32,000 nucleotides of DNA from Candidatus Nanosynbacter lyticus (GTDB taxonomy: Bacteria; Patescibacteriota; Saccharimonadia; Saccharimonadales; Saccharimonadaceae): NCBI RefSeq assembly GCF_000803625.1, contig NZ_CP007496.1:240001-272000 (forward strand). The letters run 5' to 3'. Made by a program: the position numbers and the translations under genes. How positions within the stretch are numbered: the stretch's first letter is position 1; each line of letters opens with the position of its first letter. Of this stretch, positions 1 through 8,123 are shown piece after piece. Below the pieces are notes generated by a model. The model made no database searches. It had not been told where the DNA came from and was given only the letters and a program-made list of their open reading frames with translations.

Positions 1-647
1 ATGACTTTCTGGGATAGCTTACCCTTGACTATCAGCCAGGTACCGTCTGGGTAATCTACTGAGAATCTCTTCTCGACGATGATTTTTACTGGAACACTAT
101 CAACAGCACAGCAACTTATGACATAGCGCGCAATGTAAAAGTAATCGTATCCGTAGTTTTTTAGTAGGTCATTTGAAACGAAGCCAGTGATAGTAATATC
201 TTTATTATCGAAGTAAGAGGCTTGTTTGCAGGAATTTATGGCAGTTTTCCAGCGGTTTATTGAGATTGTGGAGCTATTTTCTGTTGGTTTTGGAATTTCG
301 CAGCGACTCTCAGCTTCAATAATTGCAGGATTCTCTCTTTGGGCGAGGCTGCTTGGCGATAGCGTCTTTGGCGGTAGTGTATAGCCGATTGTTAGGATAA
401 TAATCGCCAAGTAGGAGCTGACCTTTACTCTCCTTAAATTAAAGACAGATCCGTTAAGGGACTGTCTGCTTTTAAATTGCAACATTATATCAATAAGAAA
501 AAGTGCAATTCCAACTATACTGATTATAATGGCAAATTGATGATAACGTGGATGAGTGTAAAAACCCAGATGATCGCGGCTGGCTAATAGGAGGATATAG
601 CCACAGACCAAAATCCCGCCCATCGACCTTAGTAAATTAGCGAACAT
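1..647 (-). CDS. TIGR03943/DUF1980 family protein, partial (runs off the left edge)
   Basis: Manual minus-strand translation from CAT at 645-647 is open to position 1: MFANLLRSMGGILVCGYILLASRDHLGFYTHPRYHQFAIIIS...YIARYVISCCAVDSVPVKIIVEKRFSVDYPDGTWLIVKGKLSQKV. It contains the CCAVD-type motif, overlaps the upstream permease by 11 nt, and is not in the supplied ORF track. Confidence 0.8.
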   Translation of the reverse strand, partial: MFANLLRSMGGILVCGYILLLASRDHLGFYTHPRYHQFAIIISIVGIALFLIDIMLQFKSRQSLNGSVFNLRRVKVSSYLAIIILTIGYTLPPKTLSPSSLAQRENPAIIEAESRCEIPKPTENSSTISINRWKTAINSCKQASYFDNKDITITGFVSNDLLKNYGYDYFYIARYVISCCAVDSVPVKIIVEKRFSVDYPDGTWLIVKGKLSQKV

Positions 648-1680
648 ATAAGTTAACTCCCACGCCCGCCATGAAAGACAGCGCGAATATTATTAGTACA
701 ATTGTTGCTATAAAGTGCCAACGGAAAGTAGTCTTCATAAGTATAATCATTTTTATGTCTACCATTGGTCCGGATAATAAGAATGACAAGATTGAGCCGG
801 CAGTAAAACTACGTGCATAAGCTAAGGCAAAAAACGCGTCTATGCTTGAGCATATTGAAACAACAAAGCTGAGGATGATCATGGCGATAACTGACAGAAA
901 AATGTCACCACCGACGGTGTTAATGATGAATCGTGGTACAAATACTTGGGTGGCTGCGGCGATGCTAGCACCTATGACTAGTATGGTAAATAACTGCCAG
1001 AACTCGTTGCGTGAGTTGTCAAATATTTTTAGAAAAGACGAATCGTTTTTATGAGCGTGGCAATACTCTTTAAAGTCTGGATTAAGTATAGAATCTTCTT
1101 TGAATAAACTAACAATGAAAGCTGTTATTTGGACGATAATCAGCGCAAAAATGACTCTCCACCAGACCATCTGCGGCTGAAAACTGAAGGCCGTCATAGT
1201 AGCGACGATGGTTATGGGGTTGAGGATTGGTGCGGCAAATAGAAAACTGATGACGTCAGCAGGTTTAAGGCCCTGCGCCATCAGGCTGCGTGCAACCGGC
1301 ACATTGCCACATTCACAGACCGGCAAGGCTATTCCAAGCGTTGACAGCACAATTCGCCTGAGGAAGGTATTTTTTGGTAGTATCTTGAGCAGTTTGTCTG
1401 ATGGTAAAAATTTTCTAATTAGTGCCGATACAATTATTCCCAGTAGCAGAAATGGTGTAGCTTCGACGATTACACTCAGTGTGAGCGTAAGAAAATCTTG
1501 AAGCGATGGCAGTAGTTTTGTAAACAAATCTACAAGTTCTCCATTAACTAACATAGTGCTAAATTTTGAACTGAGGTAATATATAGTAATCACAAAAATC
1601 CCAAAAACAATCCAGTTTATTAATTCCTGGTTGGCGTATAGTATTTTCTTTAAGCGGCCGTCTGATAGCTTGCGCACCAT
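637..1680 (-). CDS. UPF0718/COG0701 family permease
   Basis: 347 aa with many TM segments and the motif LPVCECGNVPVARSLMAQGLKPADVISFLFAAPILNPITI, typical of this permease family. Confidence 0.88.
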   Translation of the reverse strand: MVRKLSDGRLKKILYANQELINWIVFGIFVITIYYLSSKFSTMLVNGELVDLFTKLLPSLQDFLTLTLSVIVEATPFLLLGIIVSALIRKFLPSDKLLKILPKNTFLRRIVLSTLGIALPVCECGNVPVARSLMAQGLKPADVISFLFAAPILNPITIVATMTAFSFQPQMVWWRVIFALIIVQITAFIVSLFKEDSILNPDFKEYCHAHKNDSSFLKIFDNSRNEFWQLFTILVIGASIAAATQVFVPRFIINTVGGDIFLSVIAMIILSFVVSICSSIDAFFALAYARSFTAGSILSFLLSGPMVDIKMIILMKTTFRWHFIATIVLIIFALSFMAGVGVNLYVR

Positions 1681-1721
1681 ATATAAAATTATACCGCATG
1701 CTTATGTTATACTAAATCATT

Positions 1722-2840
1722 ATGAAGCATCTTTTACATTCGCATCATCCGTTTCGGATTTTTTGGTTTTCAGTGCTATTAACCATGGCTTTAGGTGGTC
1801 TAATTTTTACGCAAATGGGGCTTAATGGCTTATGGCTATTTGCCATTTTAGTTATTTTGGAAGTAACTTTTAGTTTTGATAATGCAGTAATCAATAGTAA
1901 GGTTCTGGCGGGGATGGGTCAGGTTTGGCAGAAAATATTCTTGACAGTCGGTATTTTTGTAGCGGTGTTTGTTGTGCGATTTATATTGCCAATTGTTATT
2001 GTGATGATTGCGAGTGGCCACGGTTTTATGGAAGTGGTTGATTTGGCTCTTCATAAGCCAACAGAATATGGTCAGATTTTGCATGAAGCATCGCCGATGA
2101 TTGACGCGTTTGGCGGGGCGTTTTTAATCATGATTGGACTTAGTTATTTTATTGATTACAACAAGCGTATTCACTGGATGCGGCATGTTGAACCGTGGAT
2201 GGCTAAGGCTGGGCGATTTGAGAACTTTAAGGTTTGTATAATGCTCAGCGTGGCTGCTGTACTGTATTTTACAGTTGACGCTCCACATAAATCACTAGTG
2301 TTGATCTCGGCAGTGCTCGGAATTATGCTTCATATTGGGCTAGAGTTGTTTGGCTCATTCTTTCATGAAGATAGCGCAAAATCTATCAAAATTAAGACTG
2401 GTTGGGCGGCGTTTGCTAGCCTGCTGTATTTGGAGGTGTTGGATGCCAGCTTTAGTTTTGATGGCGTAATTGGCGCATTTGCTATCACTAATAGTGTGTT
2501 ATTAATTGTGGCCGGCCTGGGTGCTGGGGCAATTTGGGTACGGTCATTGACTGTTTATCTGTTGCGAACTGGCGCTCTCAGTAAATATAAGTATCTGGAA
2601 AATGGTGCACACTGGGCGATTATGGCGTTGGGTATGATGATGATCGCTAAGCTGTTTCAGCTGGAATTGCCGGAATGGGCGACGGGAGGACTGGGGTTGT
2701 TGTTTGTGAGCCTGGCGGTTGGTAGCAGTATATTAGAGATGCGATCAATTAATCTGCAGGAGGCGGCGATGACTAAACTTCATCAAGCCGAGCAGAAAAT
2801 AAAAAATGGCGCATCAAAAATTGTACCTAAAAAACGGTAG
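1722..2840 (+). CDS. DUF475 / TerC-like integral membrane protein
   Basis: 372 aa with LEVTFSFDNAVINSKVLAGM and LEVLDASFSFDGVIGAFAITN duplicated motifs. Confidence 0.9.
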   Translation: MKHLLHSHHPFRIFWFSVLLTMALGGLIFTQMGLNGLWLFAILVILEVTFSFDNAVINSKVLAGMGQVWQKIFLTVGIFVAVFVVRFILPIVIVMIASGHGFMEVVDLALHKPTEYGQILHEASPMIDAFGGAFLIMIGLSYFIDYNKRIHWMRHVEPWMAKAGRFENFKVCIMLSVAAVLYFTVDAPHKSLVLISAVLGIMLHIGLELFGSFFHEDSAKSIKIKTGWAAFASLLYLEVLDASFSFDGVIGAFAITNSVLLIVAGLGAGAIWVRSLTVYLLRTGALSKYKYLENGAHWAIMALGMMMIAKLFQLELPEWATGGLGLLFVSLAVGSSILEMRSINLQEAAMTKLHQAEQKIKNGASKIVPKKR

Positions 2841-2859
2841 TAAGTATTATAATTTGTCG

Positions 2860-3420
2860 CTAAAGCTTGACGCTAAATGACTCAATTGTTCCATCAAGAA
2901 ACTTATTTATTAGCTTAATTGACTCTGGAAAAATCCAGCTATGAAGGATTTTTTGTTCGTCAGAATTAAATTTGCTTAAAACAAAGTCAACGCTACCGAT
3001 TTGTTTTCGCAGTAAACTGTCGGTGCCGATACGAATATGCCAAAAGTCAGAACCAATGTGAGCATGAAGCGATTTCAAACCGTTGCTGCCAGCGTCGCGG
3101 CCGCCTTTACGGACGCGGATTTTACCAAAATCAAGGTCAGTGTCATCATGAATAATTAGTAAATCATCCAGTGTCAGTTTATAAAAATCCATGATCGCTC
3201 GCGCGGCAATGCCGACCTCGTTATAATATGTGTTTGGTTTAACTAGTAGTATCTTTTCTCCAGAAAGATTCAGCTCGGCAATGTCGGCGGCAAATTTTGG
3301 CTTATTTATGAAATTTACATTTAGCTCAGCAGCAAATTTATCAATAGTCAAAAAGCCAGCATTATGTCTGGTATTGGTATATTTATCGCCAGGATTGCCC
3401 AGTGCTAGAATAACTTTCAT
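2860..3420 (-). CDS. pth: Peptidyl-tRNA hydrolase
   Basis: MKVILALGNPGDKYTNTRHNAGF, KPNTYYNEVG, IIHDDTDLDFGKIRVRKGGRDAGSNGLKS are diagnostic. Confidence 0.97.
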   Translation of the reverse strand: MKVILALGNPGDKYTNTRHNAGFLTIDKFAAELNVNFINKPKFAADIAELNLSGEKILLVKPNTYYNEVGIAARAIMDFYKLTLDDLLIIHDDTDLDFGKIRVRKGGRDAGSNGLKSLHAHIGSDFWHIRIGTDSLLRKQIGSVDFVLSKFNSDEQKILHSWIFPESIKLINKFLDGTIESFSVKL

Positions 3421-3463
3421 AGACCTAGTATATCACCTGAGGCTAATAGCGTATAATAAGCAT

Positions 3464-4432
3464 ATGGCAAAGCGCGACAATGATTTGGAGTTTAGTGTTA
3501 ATGCGGCGTTTGACGAAGCGCGGGCGGTTGTTGACAAAGTGCCGCTATATTTGGTCAATGGATCTTTGGGTGCTGGAAAAACCAGCGTCCTTGAATTCTT
3601 ATTGCAACAAAGTGACTATAAAGGCTCACGGGTAATTGAAAATGAGTATGCTAATGAAAATATCGACGGCTATCGGCTGGAGGGATTGGCGGAGATGGTG
3701 ACGACGTTGGCTGGCGATTGCGTCTGCTGCTCGTCGAAACACGCATTGACGCGGATGCTGCTGGATTTTTGCCGCAATTCCCCGGCGCCAGTGTTTATCG
3801 AAGCGACGGGTGTGGCGCGAACGATGAGCTTAGTTGAGAAACTGATAAATGCACAAATCTTCAATAAGTATGAGCTGATGCAGAGTTTTTACGTAATTGA
3901 CGCTTACGAGATTTTACACGGGATTGAGCCGGCGCACGAGGTTGAATTACAGGCGGCGGACGTGATTTTGGTGACCAAGGAGGATTTACTAAATAACAAT
4001 GAACGAGCTGAATACGGCATAAAACTCTCCGCCCTGCCCTACGCCAAGGTGCTGAGCGCGCCGCACGGTCGGTTTGACCTAAGTAAATTAACCACGCCGT
4101 CGGGGCTGCTAGCGTTTTTTGACACGTATGACGGCGAGCTGGTCGTGCCGGACAATCCGACGTATGCGGTGCTGGATATTTCTGGTATGAAAATTGCTGC
4201 GGCGACTCTGGAAAAAATTTGGCCGGAACTTTTTGACACTTATAAACTTAGGCGGATGAAAGGCTGTTTTATTGACGATAATGGTGTGCGACATCATTTG
4301 GAGGCAACGAAAAATCAGATTCAAATAGCTAATTCTGCGGCGGAAGAGCCAGCAAAAATTGTGCTAATTGGTGAACGTGCGGACGAAATTACGCGTGAAG
4401 TTTTGTCTGCGCAATTGATGATGTTTGAATAA
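3464..4432 (+). CDS. CobW/COG0523 family GTP-binding protein
   Basis: Start chosen at ATG 3464 rather than ORF start 3230, since the upstream part is antisense to pth. Walker A NGSLGAGKTS, ENEYANENIDG and CVCC motif. Confidence 0.88.
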   Translation: MAKRDNDLEFSVNAAFDEARAVVDKVPLYLVNGSLGAGKTSVLEFLLQQSDYKGSRVIENEYANENIDGYRLEGLAEMVTTLAGDCVCCSSKHALTRMLLDFCRNSPAPVFIEATGVARTMSLVEKLINAQIFNKYELMQSFYVIDAYEILHGIEPAHEVELQAADVILVTKEDLLNNNERAEYGIKLSALPYAKVLSAPHGRFDLSKLTTPSGLLAFFDTYDGELVVPDNPTYAVLDISGMKIAAATLEKIWPELFDTYKLRRMKGCFIDDNGVRHHLEATKNQIQIANSAAEEPAKIVLIGERADEITREVLSAQLMMFE

Positions 4433-4553
4433 AAGTTCGCTTTCGTCGTTTCCGACTCATCAGCATAGACACGCATCTATGGAGCAAACACGACAAGTGA
4501 GAGAATCTGACGGAGAGTCTACAGACTCGCCATGTTTGCGATGTTATTGCCTG

Positions 4554-4943
4554 CTACTCCTGGTTGTTGGAGAAGTAGACGACAATGCAAGGGTCGGTGG
4601 TAGCTACCCACGGGTTGGATTCTGTGTAGCTGAATTCAACGTCACGAACCTTCTCCTCAAGGCTTTGGAGCTCTTTAAGGAGCTCCTTGCGGCACTCAGA
4701 ATTGTTTGCGACTGCTGAGGTGATTAGAAGGTCATGGTCATAGATACAGATCTCGTCTGGAAGCTTACCTTTCATAAGGTATTCATTGATTGCGGCTTTC
4801 CTGACTTCCTCGCAGAACTCAGAGATCCCCTCCTCGAAGAAGCGGGAGACCTCATTTTTTCTGAGTTCCTCCATCCTCTTCTCTGTTTCCTTGAGGTTGG
4901 CAGCCCTCTTTGCCTGGACCTCGGGGGTAATGAATGTAGGCAT
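4554..4943 (-). CDS. Hypothetical protein (129 aa)
   Basis: ORF with a strong Shine-Dalgarno (GGGGAGAG) upstream on the minus strand. No recognised domain. Confidence 0.6.
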   Translation of the reverse strand: MPTFITPEVQAKRAANLKETEKRMEELRKNEVSRFFEEGISEFCEEVRKAAINEYLMKGKLPDEICIYDHDLLITSAVANNSECRKELLKELQSLEEKVRDVEFSYTESNPWVATTDPCIVVYFSNNQE

Positions 4944-5198
4944 TGCAGTACTCTCTCCCCATCTGGGCGAACGCCCGTGTTGGAAACACTGATCAACGCC
5001 CGGATGGCATAGATCGAAGATGAGGTTTCGGGATACTTCTTAAAATATCGCAAAATCTCACCTTCGTCTTATAGGTTCTCTTCACTTGTCAAAGTACGCT
5101 TTCGGACAAGGAATAAATCTCAACTTGTCAACAAAAGCTGTATTCATTTATATCACTAATAGGATAAAATGTCAATAGATTTTGTCAAGAATAAAGTA

Positions 5199-6767
5199 TC
5201 ATGTGTGTTTTTCAGCGTTTTTGGCCTGCTTGTAAGCTTTGGTGACTGGTGCCAAACCGCGCACAACGCGTTCGCGGTTGGCTTTTAATTGCTTTTCATC
5301 GCGGAAAGATAGTTTAATTGGCGTTCCCGCAAAATTGAAAGCTTCACGCAAAGTTCGCTCCAAATAGCGTTTATAGCTCCAGTGGACAAATTTCAGATTA
5401 CTGCCATATATAACAAACCACGGCGGAGCAACGTCAGTCTGGACAATGTAGCGCAGCTTCGGGTGTGAATTTTTCAGACCAGCTGGCGGATGTGCGGCGA
5501 TGGCTTTCTGTAAAATGTCGTTTAAGGCACGAGTTTTACATTCTTGGCGACGACGCTTATAGATATCAAGCGCTAGGTCGAATAACTTGGCGACATTCTG
5601 TCCAGTGACAGAAGAGGTAAATATTAACGGTGCGTACGGCGTGAACTTGAAGTTATAGCTGATTTGTGGGGCAATTTCATCATGAGTATAGGCGTCTTTG
5701 TCCTCAACGGAATCCCACTTGCTGACAACCAGAACAAGCCCCTTGCCCGCTTCGTCGATGATGCCAGCCAGCCGTTGATCTAATTGAACGTTCAATTCGT
5801 TAACATCCATCAAGAGAAAACAGACGTCGGCTTCGTTGATGGCCTGCATGGTGCGCAGGACCGAGAACTTTTCGATACCGGTCTCTTGCTTGCCCTGGCG
5901 GCGAATGCCAGCGGTGTCGAGTAGCTCGATGGTCTGGCCGTGGTAGCGGACTTGGACGCGGTTGACGTCGCGGGTGGTGCCAGCGACGTTGGCGACGATG
6001 GCTTGCTGCTTGCCTGCCAAGGTGTTGAACAGGTTGCTTTTGCCGACATTTGGCCGGCCGATGAGGGCAACGCGAATAATGTCGTCAGGCGCAGTTTCAG
6101 TGGCTGGCGGAATGAGATCGGCGATGTTGTCGAGCAGCTCGGAGATGCCGATGTTATGCTCGGTGGAAGTTTTGATGATGGTTTTAATGCCAAGTCGTTT
6201 GAATTCGTCAACGTGAAGAGATTCTTTCAGATCAGCTTTATTGGCGATTAAAATGACGGGCTTGCCGCTCTTTAAGGCTTTTTTGGCGAGTTGGCGGTCG
6301 GCGTCTGATGGATAGACGGTGGAGTCGACCATGACGAGAATGACGTCGGCAGCGGCAGAAGCATCGGCGATTTGGTCTTGGATGGTGGCTTCGAATTCGT
6401 CTTCGGCGGGTTTGAGGCCGGCGGTGTCGATGAGCCAGAATTCGGCGGTTGCACTCGCGCCACGCTCCTTCGCTGGAGTACTCTTTTCGCTCAAATCTCC
6501 ACTGGAGATTTGTTGCGAGCGTTCGGCTGAAACGCCCGCTTCTCGCGAACATTTCACGGCCTCCAGCGTAGGAGGTGTCGCGTCTGCCGCATTCTCATTA
6601 GGAGATGACGCGTGGCGTTTATATGAGACCTTACCAACAACGTTGTCGCGGGTGGTGCCGGCCTCACGGGCGACTATAGCTGTGCGAGAGCGTGTTAAAC
6701 GGTTAAACATCGAGCTTTTGCCGACGTTGGCTTGACCAATAATAGCGACAGTTGGTAATTTTGACAT
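5199..6767 (-). CDS. der: Ribosome biogenesis GTPase Der, with a non-canonical insertion in the first G domain
   Basis: Two G domains (GQANVGKSSMFNRL...LIDTAGL; GRPNVGKSNLFNTL...LLDTAGI...SKWD) and a C-terminal KH-like domain. Extra segment ~HASSPNENAADATPPTLEAVKCSREAGVSAERSQQISSGDLSEKSTPAKERGASA. Confidence 0.97.
   Translation of the reverse strand: MSKLPTVAIIGQANVGKSSMFNRLTRSRTAIVAREAGTTRDNVVGKVSYKRHASSPNENAADATPPTLEAVKCSREAGVSAERSQQISSGDLSEKSTPAKERGASATAEFWLIDTAGLKPAEDEFEATIQDQIADASAAADVILVMVDSTVYPSDADRQLAKKALKSGKPVILIANKADLKESLHVDEFKRLGIKTIIKTSTEHNIGISELLDNIADLIPPATETAPDDIIRVALIGRPNVGKSNLFNTLAGKQQAIVANVAGTTRDVNRVQVRYHGQTIELLDTAGIRRQGKQETGIEKFSVLRTMQAINEADVCFLLMDVNELNVQLDQRLAGIIDEAGKGLVLVVSKWDSVEDKDAYTHDEIAPQISYNFKFTPYAPLIFTSSVTGQNVAKLFDLALDIYKRRRQECKTRALNDILQKAIAAHPPAGLKNSHPKLRYIVQTDVAPPWFVIYGSNLKFVHWSYKRYLERTLREAFNFAGTPIKLSFRDEKQLKANRERVVRGLAPVTKAYKQAKNAEKHT
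6445..6590. repeat. Copy 1 of an in-frame palindromic repeat element (~146 bp), inside der
   Basis: Hand alignment to 30177-30319: 15 mismatches plus one 2-nt gap over ~109 aligned nt. Imperfect terminal inverted repeats (GCGG...CGCTGGAG / CTCCAGCG...TGCCGC) and internal hairpin AAATCTCC-ACT-GGAGATTT. Confidence 0.88.
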
Positions 6768-6825
6768 GATTATAGATTATAACAGTTTTAGGGTGTTTTG
6801 GCGAGGAGGCGGTTGTTGGTGGCTA

Positions 6826-7347
6826 TTAGTTGTGTAATATCTTAGACTTAATATCTTTGAGGCGATGATTAAGCCAGCGGCTGCATGAGCTCTCTATTTT
6901 CAAATAGTCAAATATATAGTTTGAGCTGTCGTGCTTAAACTTCCTCATCGACAGATCCCCCATTTCAGCATTATTGACGGCTTGGGTATTGTTTGGAAAG
7001 TCAGCAATATATATGGCTAAGGATTGTCTGTGTATGAGTATATAGTAGTGATTTTCAGAATTATGTATACAGTAGTAGTCTTGTTTTACTGTGGGTAATG
7101 TTTCTAGATTAAGTTTTTCTGCAATATTTTCTAAACCTACTATTACCCTACCATAATCAGAGACCTGTTCATTTATTATTTCAGGAAGAGATTTATTTTT
7201 GCTTCCTGAACACAATTCTAAAATACTCTCGCGCCTTTCTTTTATGGAGTCAATTTCTGGCGTTAATGTTTGTAGGTCCAACCAAGCTTCTGCGGCCTGT
7301 CCGTGGCTTATGTCTGTCTCTTTCCGCGGTGATTCTGGTGATTTCAT
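6826..7347 (-). CDS. Hypothetical protein (173 aa)
   Basis: Intact ORF between conserved genes on the same strand. No recognised domain. Confidence 0.65.
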   Translation of the reverse strand: MKSPESPRKETDISHGQAAEAWLDLQTLTPEIDSIKERRESILELCSGSKNKSLPEIINEQVSDYGRVIVGLENIAEKLNLETLPTVKQDYYCIHNSENHYYILIHRQSLAIYIADFPNNTQAVNNAEMGDLSMRKFKHDSSNYIFDYLKIESSCSRWLNHRLKDIKSKILHN

Positions 7348-7418
7348 GATAAGTTATTCTTTTTATAAATTTAAATACAGAAGATATTCTACAATGTTTT
7401 TTATCAAATGTAAATAGG

Positions 7419-8123
7419 CTAGTTGGAGATTTGTTCTTCCTTCCACTCACCCCTCCTAAGTTCTCCGAGGGAATATTTCCCAAAATCCGTACGATGGAGT
7501 TTCTTGACGGTGTAGCCTAGTACGTCAAACGTACGGCGGATTTGACGATTGCGCCCTTCGCTCATCTGAACTATCCAGCGGTAGTCATCGCCATCATGCT
7601 GTCTTTCGAGGGTTAATTGACTGGGTCCGTCTGGTAGCTGCACGCCAAAATCATTAATCATCTGCCGATGGAGAGGCTGCAGCGGCTTGTCAATTGTAAC
7701 TAAGTAGCGCTTAATCTTATAGAAAGACGGGTGTGTCATGCTATGCGCAAAATCACCGTCATTGGTGAGTAGAATTAGGCCAGAGCTGTCTTTGTCCAAG
7801 CGACCGACGGGTTTGAGGTGATGGAGGTGTTTTGGCAAGAGCTTGTAAATTGTTGGCACGCCGCCCTGGGAGGCACGTGAGCAGAGATAGCCTGTGGGTT
7901 TATGCAGAACGATCAGCTTCTTTGGCTGAATTTCTAAAGTTTGACTATTGTAGGTAATCTGATTTGTGCTAGAAATCTGCTGTCCTAATCTGGCTGGCTG
8001 CCCGTCAACTATGATCTTCCCTTTCTCGATTAGTTCGTCAGCCTTACGGCGAGAAACACCCAAACTTAGCGCCACAAATTTATTAAGGCGCCAAGAGTTT
8101 TGGTCGTTGTGAGAGTCTGTCAT
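7419..8123 (-). CDS. RsuA/RluB/RluE family rRNA pseudouridine synthase
   Basis: S4 domain (LNKFVALSLGVSRRKADELI) plus LHKPTGYLCS, GRLDKDSSGLILLTNDG, EGRNRQIRRTFDVLGY. Confidence 0.95.
   Translation of the reverse strand: MTDSHNDQNSWRLNKFVALSLGVSRRKADELIEKGKIIVDGQPARLGQQISSTNQITYNSQTLEIQPKKLIVLHKPTGYLCSRASQGGVPTIYKLLPKHLHHLKPVGRLDKDSSGLILLTNDGDFAHSMTHPSFYKIKRYLVTIDKPLQPLHRQMINDFGVQLPDGPSQLTLERQHDGDDYRWIVQMSEGRNRQIRRTFDVLGYTVKKLHRTDFGKYSLGELRRGEWKEEQISN

Noticed and set aside
3230-3463. N-terminal extension of the COG0523 ORF from 3230
   Set aside because: The extension is antisense to pth. ATG 3464 is preceded at 6 nt by TATAAT and begins a normal GTPase N-terminus.
4425-5053. ORFs 4425..4718(+), 4734..5012(+), 4772..5053(-), 4786..4992(+)
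   Set aside because: These overlap the better-supported 4554..4943(-) ORF, which has a strong SD. No recognisable domains. The + strand ORFs look like antisense artefacts.
6445-6590. Interpretation of the Der insert as an intein or intron
   Set aside because: It is far too short, lacks intein splice motifs or group I/II features, and the flanking frame is open and continuous. A palindromic element fits better.
5810-6735. ORFs 5810..6211(-), 5940..6251(+), 6238..6552(-), 6319..6735(+) over der
   Set aside because: All overlap der, which has full GTPase motifs. No family-like sequence except the repeat-derived peptides.
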